The notes under the pieces were generated by a model. That model did not search any database. It worked only from the letters and a program-made list of their open reading frames with translations, and was not told where the DNA came from. The position numbers were made by a program, and so were the translations under genes. Below, one piece after another: positions 47,965 to 58,469 of a stretch of DNA of 64,000 bases. The stretch's first letter is position 1, and each line of letters starts with the position of its first letter. Source of the DNA: an uncultured Candidatus Rokubacteria bacterium (GTDB taxonomy: Bacteria; Methylomirabilota; Methylomirabilia; Rokubacteriales; CSP1-6); contig CAVWFS010000008.1 in the NCBI GenBank assembly GCA_963754315.1, positions 512,001-576,000 of the forward strand. Direction: 5' to 3'.

Positions 47965-50175
47965 GTGGCCGGACGAACCATCTACGAAGCACCCCGCGTG
48001 GCCGCCAAACCTGGCGAGGAGATCATCACCAGCACGTGCGGCCACAACTGTGGCGGCCGCTGCGTGGTCAACGCCCACGTCGTGAACGGCCGGATGGTCA
48101 AGATCAGCACCGATCCGCGCAAGTGGTCGCCGGAGCATCCACCGCTCCACGCCTGCGTGCGCGGCTTCGGGATGGTGGAGCGCGTCTATCATGCCGACCG
48201 GCTTCTCCACCCGAAGCGGCGCCGTGGTCCACGGGGGGAAGGCCAGTGGGAGCAGATCTCGTGGGACGAAGCGCTCGACGAGGTCGCGCGCCAGATGCGC
48301 CGCGTCCGGGACACCTACGGCGCCGCCGCCATCCTCGACTGCTCTCGCTCGGGTAGCACCGCCCTTCTGTACAACCGGGCGCTGGTGCAGCGACTGCTCC
48401 ACATGTTCGGCGGCTGCACCGAGCTGTGGTCGAATCTCTCCGCGGAGGCGGAGGTCTTCGCGGTGCGCCATACCTTCGGGGCCAAGGCCGACTACAAGTC
48501 GTCGGGGCGCGAGGGTCTCGATTATCGCAACTCGAAGCTCATCCTCATGTGGGGGTGGAGCCCGGGCGACGGGCACTTCGGAACCGGCTCGATGGACTTC
48601 GTGAAGTGGGCCAAGCGACACGGCACGCGTGTGGTCTCGGTGGACCCGCGGGTGACGCGGACGAGCCTGCAGGTCGCCGACGAGCACATCTTCATCCGGC
48701 CCTCCACCGACGCCGCCATGCTCATCGCCATGGCCTACGTCATCGTGAGCGAGGACCTGCACGACCAGGCGTTCTGCGACCGCGTGGTGCTCGGTCTCGA
48801 CGAGGCGCACCTGCCGCCTCAAGCGCCACCCGGCTCGTCTTACCAGTCGTACCTGTTTGGTTTGAGCGACGGCGTGCGCAAGACACCAGAGTGGGCGGAA
48901 GCCATCACCGGAGTGTCCGCCGAGACCATCCGTCGCCTGGCGCGAGAGTTTGCCACCCAGAAGCCCGCGGCCATCCACTGCGGGTACGCGCCGGGCCGTA
49001 CGCGCTACGGCGAGCAGTTTCACCGGGCCGCCTACACCTTGGCGGCCATCACAGGCAACGTCGGCATTCCGGGGGGCAACTCCGGTTGTAGCGGCGGCGC
49101 CAAGCCGCGCATCAAGGGCAGCATCCCAGCCGGTCCGAACCCAACGGGCGCCAAGGTGGCCTCGAACCTACTCGCCGACGTGCTGACGCGGGGGAAGGCT
49201 GGCGGGTACCCGGCCGACATCAAGCTGATCTACTCGGCCTTCGGCAATCTTCTGAACCAGTGCGGCAACGTCAACAAGACGGTCGCCGCCCTGGACAACG
49301 TGGAGTTCATCGTGGTCCAGGACCACTTCGAGACGCCGCTCGGGCGCTATGCGGACATCCTGCTCCCGGCCACCACGTCCTGGGAACGCAACGACATGCA
49401 GGTACCCTGGAGCGGCGCCGGCCACTACACGCTCTTCATGCGCCAAGCCATCGCCCCCGTCGGTGAATGTCGCAACGACATCGACATCCTCGCCGATCTC
49501 GCCCAGCGCCTCGGTATCGAGGGGTTCAACGACAAGACGGACGTGCAGTGGCTCCAGGAGTTCTGCGCAGGGACCGACATCGACGACTTCGAGGCCTTCC
49601 GAGCGGGCGGGCTGGCGCGTCAGCCGGCGCCCGATGACCTGGTGGCGTTCGCGCAAGAGGTGCGTGACCCGGAGCGACATCCGTTCTCGACCCCGTCGGG
49701 AAAGATCGAGGTCTACTCGATGTCCATCGCGGCCAAGCCCGACGTGTACGGGCTGGGGCCGATCCCGGCCATTCCCACCTGGATCCCGCCCGTGGCACCC
49801 GATCCGCGCTACCCGCTGATGCTGTGCAACGCGAAATCGCGCGCCCGCACCCATTCCATCCACGACAACCAGGAGATCCTGTCGCGCGCGGATCGACGCG
49901 ACGTGTGGATCCACTCTGAAGATGCGGCGGCCCGCGGCATCGTCGACGGCCAGCCCGTGCGGGTCTTCAACGACCGGGGCGCCACGATTCTCCCCGCCCA
50001 TGTGACCGATCGCATCGCGCGCGGGGTGGCCGCCATGAAGGAAGGCGTGTGGTTTACCCCGAACGAGGAGGGCACGGATCTGCGCGGCTGTCCCAACGTG
50101 TTGACCGAGGACTCCTCCTCGCCCGCGGGGGCGAGCACCTACAACACCTGTCTCGTCGAGATCGCGCCCGCCTGA
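47965..50175 (+). CDS. Molybdopterin oxidoreductase, DmsA-like catalytic subunit without Tat signal
   Basis: STCGHNCGGRC...CVRG Fe-S motif, ISWDEA, ADILLPATT, TPSGKIE, RTHS. Confidence 0.92.
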   Translation: MAGRTIYEAPRVAAKPGEEIITSTCGHNCGGRCVVNAHVVNGRMVKISTDPRKWSPEHPPLHACVRGFGMVERVYHADRLLHPKRRRGPRGEGQWEQISWDEALDEVARQMRRVRDTYGAAAILDCSRSGSTALLYNRALVQRLLHMFGGCTELWSNLSAEAEVFAVRHTFGAKADYKSSGREGLDYRNSKLILMWGWSPGDGHFGTGSMDFVKWAKRHGTRVVSVDPRVTRTSLQVADEHIFIRPSTDAAMLIAMAYVIVSEDLHDQAFCDRVVLGLDEAHLPPQAPPGSSYQSYLFGLSDGVRKTPEWAEAITGVSAETIRRLAREFATQKPAAIHCGYAPGRTRYGEQFHRAAYTLAAITGNVGIPGGNSGCSGGAKPRIKGSIPAGPNPTGAKVASNLLADVLTRGKAGGYPADIKLIYSAFGNLLNQCGNVNKTVAALDNVEFIVVQDHFETPLGRYADILLPATTSWERNDMQVPWSGAGHYTLFMRQAIAPVGECRNDIDILADLAQRLGIEGFNDKTDVQWLQEFCAGTDIDDFEAFRAGGLARQPAPDDLVAFAQEVRDPERHPFSTPSGKIEVYSMSIAAKPDVYGLGPIPAIPTWIPPVAPDPRYPLMLCNAKSRARTHSIHDNQEILSRADRRDVWIHSEDAAARGIVDGQPVRVFNDRGATILPAHVTDRIARGVAAMKEGVWFTPNEEGTDLRGCPNVLTEDSSSPAGASTYNTCLVEIAPA

Positions 50176-50211
50176 GAGTTCGCCCGCGCGGCACCTCGAC
50201 ACGGAGGTCAC

Positions 50212-51144
50212 ATGCCGGAGCGACCGTTACCGACCGAGGCTGAAGTGCGCGCCTGGCTTCGTGACAGGCGCAACTGGGGTCGTTGGGGAAAGGACGACCA
50301 GCGCGGCGCCATCAACCTGATCACACCCGAGAAGCGCGCGCGGGCGGCCAGACTGGTCCGTAGTGGCCGCAGCGTCTCGCTGAGCCGCGAGTTCCCCAAG
50401 GAGCCGGGCATCAATAACGCATTCCCTGCCCAGCACTGGATGCGCACGGTCCCGCGCGGGAAGGGCGGCTTCTCCGCTGACTATTACGGCATCTTCTATC
50501 ACGGCGTCGCCTCCACCCACATCGACGCCCTCTGTCACACCTGGGACGAGGGAGGCATGTGGAATGGCCGCGATCCCAAGCAGGAGATCACCTTCGACGG
50601 GGCGACCTTCGGCTCGGTCGAGCACTGGAGCGAGGGCATCGTCACGCGCGGAGTGATGCTGGACGTCCCGCGCCATCGGGGGACTTCCCACGTCACGCAT
50701 GATCGGCCCGTCCACGGCTGGGAGCTCGACGACATCGTGAAGGCGAGGGGTATCACCCTCGAGCCCGGGGACGCCGTGTGTGTCTATAGCGGCCGCGACA
50801 CATGGCAGGCCGCCCATCCGGACACGCCATACGGCCGGCCCTACGGAGGCGGCGCCAATGATCGCCCCGGCCTGCACGTCTCTTGCTTGCCCTTCCTGCG
50901 GGACCGCGACGTGGCCGTGCTGGTGTGGGACATGCTGGATCACATTCCGATCGGCTACGACATCCCGTGGGCCGTCCACGCCGCCATCTTCGCCTACGGT
51001 GTAGCGCTCCTGGACAACGCCCTGCTGGAGCCGCTGGCCCAGGCGTGTCGAGAAGAAGGGCGAGACGAATTCCTGCTGGTCATCGCGCCGCTCAGGGTGC
51101 GCGGCGGCACCGGCTCGCCGGCGAATCCTCTCGCATTGTTCTGA
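50212..51144 (+). CDS. Cyclase (kynurenine formamidase-like) metal hydrolase
   Basis: NWGRWGKDDQRG, THIDALCH, GGTGSPANPLA. Confidence 0.9.
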   Translation: MPERPLPTEAEVRAWLRDRRNWGRWGKDDQRGAINLITPEKRARAARLVRSGRSVSLSREFPKEPGINNAFPAQHWMRTVPRGKGGFSADYYGIFYHGVASTHIDALCHTWDEGGMWNGRDPKQEITFDGATFGSVEHWSEGIVTRGVMLDVPRHRGTSHVTHDRPVHGWELDDIVKARGITLEPGDAVCVYSGRDTWQAAHPDTPYGRPYGGGANDRPGLHVSCLPFLRDRDVAVLVWDMLDHIPIGYDIPWAVHAAIFAYGVALLDNALLEPLAQACREEGRDEFLLVIAPLRVRGGTGSPANPLALF

Positions 51145-51168
51145 CCGGGAGTTAGATCCTCCGCGCGT

Positions 51169-51654
51169 TCACTTCAGGCGCCTCAACTTACGGTTCACGG
51201 CGGCGAGGTCGAAGACCTCCGGGTCGTTGATGGCCTCCAGGAACTCCGTGTAGCCGGGTGGGCCGCCGCAGTTCTCCGGAGGGCATGCGCGCTGGCCAGC
51301 CAGGCACTCGGGATGGCGAAGCGCGGGATCCGGCAGGTCGATCTTCTCGACCATCACGTGATGCCTCCAACCGTCTCCTAAGTCGTACACGTACTCGAAG
51401 CGCGCACCTGGGATCGGCCCCGCCTCCCGCAACGTCAGCCGCCTCTCGTCTTCCACCTCGTACTCGGGCTCGTCTGGCTCCGGTATGCCATAGCGTCGGC
51501 CGCCCACGGTCCACTCGTGGAGATGCTCGTCCCGCCAGCCTAGGGTTCTCTGGAGAACGACGTGCAGTCGTTCGAGCGAGAGATCACCGCGCACCCTGAT
51601 ACGTCGCCAGACCGGCGGCTTGACATCGGCCAGCGTGACTTTGAGCTGATACAT
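51169..51654 (-). CDS. Plasmid pRiA4b ORF-3 family protein
   Basis: YQLKVTL..VKPPVWRR, HLHEW, YVYDLGDGWRH, RACPPENCGG. Confidence 0.9.
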   Translation of the reverse strand: MYQLKVTLADVKPPVWRRIRVRGDLSLERLHVVLQRTLGWRDEHLHEWTVGGRRYGIPEPDEPEYEVEDERRLTLREAGPIPGARFEYVYDLGDGWRHHVMVEKIDLPDPALRHPECLAGQRACPPENCGGPPGYTEFLEAINDPEVFDLAAVNRKLRRLK

Positions 51655-51973
51655 CGACGATAAGATAACTTCGCCGCGAACCGACGGCCACCATGAACAT
51701 CGACCTGTGATTTCGACCGTAGCCGCGCTTGTCTGAATCGTCCCAAACCAGCCCTGCCGACGATTTTCCCCTTGACATCTTCAGCTGGGGACGAGGTGTA
51801 AGGGGTCGGTAGTGCTGATCAGTATCGGCTCAACGGGCTGTACGCGCTTCCCATTATGCGAGTGGTCGTGGTGGAACCCGAAACCATGGTTTGTCTCAGA
51901 ATCTCTCGCCCTGGAGGCTCCGGGGCAGGCCGAAAATCCAGGTGTACAGTCGCTCTGCCGGAGGAGACGTGCC

Positions 51974-53479
51974 ATGCAGATCGACTCGCCAATGGTGGTT
52001 GCCACTCAGAATCCTGCCGCGGACCTGGATCGGCTGGGCGATGAGATCGCCGAGCTGTCGGCGCATCTCGAAGCCGCCACGGCTCGCCTCCTCGATCTGA
52101 TTCGCGAGTTCGACACGCGGGGCGGCTGGAACACCGGCTTCAGTTCCTGCGCCGCCTGGCTGAGCTGGCGCGTCGGCCTCGATCCAGGTGCCGCCCGGGA
52201 GCGCGTTCGGGTCGCCCGCGCGCTGGAGACACTCCCACTGCTCGCCCAGGCCCTGGCTCGCGGCGAGCTGTCCTACGCCAAGGTCCGGGCGCTGACTCGG
52301 GTGGCCACGCCGGAGACCGAAGCGCGCCTGCTGGCGGTGGGGCGCGCGGGCACGGCCGATCACGTGGAGCGCATCGTGCGGGGCTGGCGGCGCGTGGACC
52401 GGCTGGCCGAGGCACGGGAAGCGGCACGGCAGCACAAGAGCCGTGCGCTGCATGTGTTCCAGGACGAGGACGGCATGGTGGTGCTCCGAGGACGGTTGGA
52501 GCCGGAAGCCGGAGCGCTGCTTTTAAAGGCGCTGGCCGCCGCGCGCGAGAAGCTATATCAGCGGGCCCGCGCCGACGAGACGGGCCCCGCCTGAACGATC
52601 CGGCGGTGGAGCCTCCAACCATGGCCCAGCAGCAGGCCGACGCCCTGTCCTTGCTCGCGGAGACGCGCGCTGCACCACGAACTGGATCCGGGCGCGCCGG
52701 GCGAGCGCTACCAGGTGGTGGTCCACGTCGATGCGGCGGCGCTCGCGGACCCCGATCAGGCCGGGCAGTCGGTCCTCGAGGACGGCGTGCGCGTTTCTGC
52801 GGAAACGTCTCGCCGCCTGGCGTGCGACGCGAGCCGGGTGGTGATGCGCCATGACGAGGAGGGGCGCCTGCTGGACGTCGGGGCGCGGACGCGGACGATT
52901 CCGCCGGCGCTGCGGCGCGCGCTTCACCAGCGGGATCGCGGCTGCCGCTTCCCGGGCTGCGGCGGCCGCTTCACGCAGGGGCATCACATTCGTCACTGGG
53001 CGCAGGGGGGCCCGACCACGCTCTCGAACCTGGCCCTGCTCTGTCGACGGCATCACCGCGCGGTGCACGAGGAGGGCTACGAGGTCGCGCGCGAGCCCGA
53101 CGGCGCCCTCTGCTTCCGGCGACCGGACGGTCGGCTCCTGCCCGAGGTGCCGCCGCCAACTCCGGTGCCTGCCGATCCGGTCAATGTGCTCCGGACGCAG
53201 CACGACGCACAGGGGGTTCGTCTCCACGCACAGACGCTGACCGCCGGCTGGCTCGGAGAGCGCCTGGATGTAGGCTGGGCGATCGACGTCCTGCATCCTC
53301 TCGCCCTTGCGGTGACGGGCCATGTTGTTGAGAGCGAGTCACTTAGGGGCGAGGATCAGGGTAAACCCAGGCGACCTCGTCGCGGGCGACACGCGCGAAC
53401 CGGATTCCGGACTCGGTCAGCGCCTGCCACTCGCGCTCGGTATAGACGAGCACATCTGCCGGCACCGGCAGTCGCGTGA
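51974..53479 (+). CDS. DUF222-HNH endonuclease protein (REP13E12-like), frameshifts near 52590 and 52666
   Basis: SCAAWLSWR, ARERVRVARAL, RRLACDA, RDRGCRFPGC, HHIRHWAQGG..NLALLCRRHH; true end probably near 53310. Confidence 0.85.
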
Positions 53480-53714
53480 GGTCCCAATCGGCGGCCCTCC
53501 GGATGAACGGTGTGGCCGATTCCCGCACGACGAGAATAACGTCGAGGTCGCTGCCAACCCCCCAGTCGCCGCGCGCGTATGAGCCGAAGTAGCCCACTCG
53601 AAGGAGATCGGGTCTGGCGACGCCGGCTCGCCCCGCCCAGTCGCTCAAGGCGCGGATGACCGTGGTCTTGTCAGGCCAGGTGAAGACGGACGAACTCAAC
53701 GATCTCGCCGGCAA
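53343..53714 (-). CDS. Nucleotidyltransferase domain protein (orphan MNT)
   Basis: GYFGSYARGDWGVGSDLD; TTG start 9 nt after gaggagg. Confidence 0.85.
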   Translation of the reverse strand: MPARSLSSSVFTWPDKTTVIRALSDWAGRAGVARPDLLRVGYFGSYARGDWGVGSDLDVILVVRESATPFIRRAADWDLTRLPVPADVLVYTEREWQALTESGIRFARVARDEVAWVYPDPRP

Positions 53715-53818
53715 ATTGCAGGGCCTCCTCACTCTGGATAGGGCCGTAGTGCTCGAACGGCGCGCCCTCAGGATACGCGCCCCTTCGCGAGTGCGTCCAT
53801 TTCGTTCAGGACGTCTCG

Positions 53819-54283
53819 TCAGCCTGAGGGCGCGAAGCCGTGGGCCTGCATGGCGCGCCGGTACGCGACGGCCAGCGCGTCGAACGTCAAGTGGAGCTCA
53901 TCGGCCAGATCGAACGGCACCTGCTCCGGGCGCTGTGATTCGACCACGCGCTGGTCCTGGTCGAAGATGGTGCGCTCGAACGCTTGCATGACCTCGTCGG
54001 GCTGGTCGAGGTTGTAGTTGCGGGCAACGAGGCAGTAGCCGACGCAGGAGTCCTCGGCAACCGGCTGTGAGGCAAAGAAGTAGAGCATTTTCTCGTCCCC
54101 ACCCCAGTCGATGTGCTCGACGATCGTGTAGGGCAGGTGCAGGGCATAGCGCGTGGTGCGCGTGGGCGCCTTCCGCTCCTCGGCTGCGAACACGGGAAAA
54201 TCCTCGGTGTTCGGGGCATCCGGTCGCACGTACTCGTACCGGAGCACGTGTCCTTCCCGCTGGACCGAATAGGGCGCCACCAC
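53819..54283 (-). pseudogene. C-terminal fragment of a VanA-like Rieske oxygenase
   Basis: IFDQDQRVVESQRPE...ELHLTFDALAVAYRR; no Rieske CxH motifs and no room for them upstream. Confidence 0.75.
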
Positions 54284-54296
54284 CGAGGCGAGCTGA

Positions 54297-56223
54297 TTAC
54301 GCGACGAGGCGTGGCCGCAGGGCGTTCAGAACGCTCCGCCGCAGACCCGGCACCTGCGCAAGGTCCTCCACGCTCCCATACGGACGATTCATGACAATGG
54401 CCCTGGCCAGCACGACGCCGATTCCCGACAGGGTCATGAGTTCCGCCTCGGTGGCGGTGTTGACGTTGACGATGGGGAGATCCGGGGGCGGCTGGCCGGC
54501 CGGGGCCCTCACGAGCCAGAACCAGGAGGGGACGGCTCGAGCATCGAAGGGGCTGCCGACACGTCAACCGCGCGAGAACCCGCGTGTCTCGGCCTACCCG
54601 ATCGAATAGGAGGGTCCCGAAGCCAGCTCGCGAGCCTGGGCTGCTGGCATCCAGAGAATCGCGCCGGCGACTGGTCTGCAGGGTGGCGTCGAGGACGAGC
54701 GGTCGGTAGCCGACAGCGCTGCTGCCCCAAAACTCCCTGTCCGGTGGGCTCAACGGAAATGGCAGCTCCAGCTCGACAAGATCGTCCTCGATTCACTAGA
54801 GCGGGAACGACGTCGCCGCCTACCTCCAGGCGCAGCCCACCAGCCAGTACCGCGGCTTGCATGACCTGGTCATTCTGCAAGGGCGCATTGTCCGCGATGC
54901 GCAACACATCAACGAACGAGGACCGGCTGGGCCAGCGCCGACGGGCAACCCGGTCAAGCTGGGAAGCGTCGACGGCAGTCCGATACGAATCCCCAGCCCA
55001 GCACGCCGCGACCGCAGGATCGCCAGGGCGCAGTAGTGATGGCGAATGCCGTGGCGTTCCTCCGCCGCCGGCTCGTCGTTGCCAACTGCCGGCCACAGGA
55101 CATCGCCGATGTTCGTTCGGGCGGGATGGTCCAATAATCGGCCGCTCAGGAACGGGCCGCGTAGCTCAATCTCCACGCCGGCCTCGAGGCGCATCCAGGC
55201 CCCGGCCTGGACGGAGATCGCGCCGGACGAGTCCCAGCGCCGTACCGTCGCCTGATCGGCCAGCACAGGCGGAGCACCACCCGGCCATTCCTCCACTATC
55301 AGCCGTTGCCGTCACTCGACTCAAGCGAACCAGCGACACCCGGCCGGCCGGTCAGCGACCCGCGTCTCATCACTGATCTCCACCCATTGGCCAGCGTCGA
55401 AGCCCAACAGACGATCCCGACCGGGATCGGAGACGGTCAGCGTCTGGCCATCGATGGCTAACACTCGGGACACCACAATTCCGTTGTCCTGCGACCACTT
55501 GAACGTGGAGCCGCCGGGGGCGTCGCTGCCATCATGGATCTCCACGCGGTAGAGCTGGTTTTCGAGCCGCCGATAGCCTGCCTGGGCCGGAACGATGCAC
55601 GGCTCGTCGCTCTCTGGATCAGGCACAGTCCGGGCCCGCAGGAAGCTAGGGGTGGCGGGGATCTCCCGTGGCTGCCAGCCGGGACCGAACTGCGCACACG
55701 TCGGCGGCGGATCCTCAGGGTCGGCCCGATCGATCCTTTCCAGTTCGACTCTCCAAGCGGTCTGAACGCGGGTGGCGGTGTCGGGGCCGCCGAGCGCCAC
55801 CTCGCGAATTTCGGGGTCTTCCAAAGCGGTGATGTGCCGCTGCCAGACGTCGAGATAGACCACGTAGAAGCCGGGCTCCCTGGGCAGTTGAAAGCCCGGC
55901 AGGTGCGGTTGCTCGGTAATGGGGATAGTCGCCTCGTTCTCGCAGAGAATGCCATCGACGTAGTAGCGGCCGCCGCCGACCCGCAACGTGCCCACCAGCC
56001 CCGGCGACGCCGAGATCGCGAAGCCGGCCCGCCCTTCGGGAGCCCCACTGGGCCCGATGACGTCCCGAAGCGTCGTCTCGTCCAGATAGCGCTGGATGTC
56101 GAGCTGCTCGTTCCACTCCGAGTCGAGCGGGGTGACCCGGCCCTGCTGAGTCTGGACGCCGCTGTAGTGCTTCGCCCGCCAGTGGCGATGCACGAAATCG
56201 AACCGGCTATAGTCGCCCTTCAT
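54297..56223 (-). CDS. DUF6519-type eCIS-associated protein, multiply frameshifted, with C-terminal helix-hairpin-helix domain
   Basis: MKGDYSR..QQGRV, GRYYVDGILCEN, YLDVWQR, ENQLYRVEIH, FKWSQDNG, HHYCALA; SWFWL runs in frame into VNVNTATEAELMTLSGIG. Confidence 0.75.
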
Positions 56224-56277
56224 CGCCTCGTCCTTCGGTCGCCGAGCCTTGGCCCGCGTTCGACCGTTGCCCTTCGA

Positions 56278-58469
56278 TCAGGTGACGCGGATGAATCCGA
56301 TACCGAGACCGAACGGGGTGTATTCCTCGAGCGCCGCGCGCAGACTCGCCTCGCGCTGCGGCTGCTGCAAAGAGCTGAAAGCGCCCATCTCCGAGCCATT
56401 TTCCGCGCCGGTCCGAATAGCGTCTGGACACGTCTCGCCAAGCTGGGCGTATCCCGGCTCCATAGCGCACGGCGCTAAATGTCGGCTGCAGGCTGGTGGC
56501 GATCATCGCTCGTTCCGACACGGAGGCCTGCTCGAGGGCAAGATCTGGCTGACAGCGGTAGCGGCGTGGGGTGCGTGATCCCGTCGGCACGAAGCAGAAG
56601 CGCACGCAGCCGGTTGTCGCCGTTCGGCCACGGCGGGGCCGGTGAAGATGCTGTCGTCGGCGAAGAGCGTCTCCACCTGGGTGGTTCCCAAGATTGTGCT
56701 TCGCTGGAGCGCCACCACAGCCCCGGGCGCGCTGAGCGCTCTCCCTTCGGTGTCGCTGGGCTCGCCGCTACTCACGATCGAATCCACGACATGCAGATGG
56801 CGCACCCGATCGGGGAGCTCGATCGGGCCCGCGATGCATGCCACGATCCTCACGAGCAGCTGGTCGTTCGCCTCATGGGCTCGGAGCTGACCGGTCCCCG
56901 GCACCACCGTACAGTGATTGAGATGCAGGCTTCCCAGATTGCCAGCCAGGACGCGCAGGTCGCCTTCAAGGAGGAGGCCGTCGAGCAACAGGGCGCCGGG
57001 GTCTTCCGCTGGGCGGTTGCTGTTCCTCGGACTTGAAGGTTTCCGCGCAGGTGCGGTCGGGGACGGGGCCCGACCGTCTGCAGCTGGCCGATGACGCGCT
57101 GCAGGCCGGGCCCGTCGGGCACGCTCACGAGCGGCCACTCGGCGGCCACCATCAACAGGGTGCTCCCTGCGTGGATTTCGATGGTGCTCGCTCCAGTGAG
57201 ACTCTCCACGTAGCTGTCGCTGTCGTGAATCGCAATGACGCCGACCGTTCCTGCTGGCTGTGCGTTCCAGGCGGCCACCGCATCGGTCAACGTCACGAAG
57301 ATCTGCTCGTCTCCCACCGGTTCGAGCTCCCGGCCGACCGCCACCTGCCAGCTGATGGGCGCCGTGAGCGCGGCGAGCGAATCCCGGCGCTCGTATGGCC
57401 CACCGCCCATGTCCGCGCTGAAGCCGTACGCGTAGCTCACGGCGAGGCGCCCAGGCAGGTCCACACCGCTCAGAATCGCCAGCCGCCCCCGCGCGGGGTC
57501 CACGGCGACGCGCGTCCGAAAATCCGTGAGGTCGGCGCGTTGGAAGGCGCGGCTGGTGGGTGGATTCCAGCCCGTTTCCTCCCAACCACCGAGGTCGCAG
57601 ATCACGACCTCTTCTGGCGAAGCAGCCTGATCGTCCAGGAACACCTGCAGAACCGGCTCCTCACCCAGGTAGGCGCTGCGGTCACCGTTACCCCTGATCA
57701 CCGCGTCGCGATGGGCGGCCAGATCGTCGTAAAGCGCTCGGCGCCGCAGGGGACCGGGAACGTGGAGCTCCTCGGCCAGGTGCGCGATGGACGCTTCGCG
57801 CGGGGGGTGATTGAAAAGGGGCACCGGCTCGCCCAACGGGTTGAAGTGATAGCGCCTGTCCGGGGGATCGCTCACGGCGCGCGGCGCCCCGCGGGAGACG
57901 GGGTAACTCTGCAGGCGCCAGACGAATAGCCCAAGGTTGGGAATGTTGTAGCGGCCGTGGCCAGGCTCGATCCGCCGAACGTCCACGGTGTGCGCGGCGC
58001 GCTGAACGGCCCACCTAGCAGCTCCAGGTGATTCGTCTCGCGCAGGTCGGGGGTCCGCACATTGCTCAGTCGGACGTGATTCAGGTGCTGGGTGGTGGCG
58101 AGTCGCGCGAAGAACTCGACCACGCGCGCCGGCCAGCCGGTCACGTCGCGGGCGAGCTGTTCCAGCACGGCAGCAGTCCCTTTGCGACGACGGTAGGCGA
58201 GGGTGTTGGCGACGCAAGCACGTTGGCTGAACCCCTGAGGCCGGGCGACGTGCACCCCCCCCACCCGCAACAGGTCGCCGATATACGGCACCACCCACTC
58301 GTCGCAGGTCTCGATAAAGAGATTGCGATACAAGCCATCGATGTCGGCCTCGATGGCGCGGAGCTCCTGGTCGATCACCCCGAGCAGGGCGCGGAGTGGC
58401 CCGCCCTGCTGCCGGTCGCGCAGGCGATAGATCGCCGGGAGCGGCTCATAAAGCGGCGAGGCGACTCAT
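56278..58469 (-). CDS. Phage tail/baseplate wedge protein (P2 gpI/Afp12-like), frameshifted
   Basis: LPAIYRLRD, IETCDEWVVPYIGDLL, YRRRKGT..LEQLARDVTGW, YNIPN, SEMGAF..LEEYTPFG. Confidence 0.78.
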
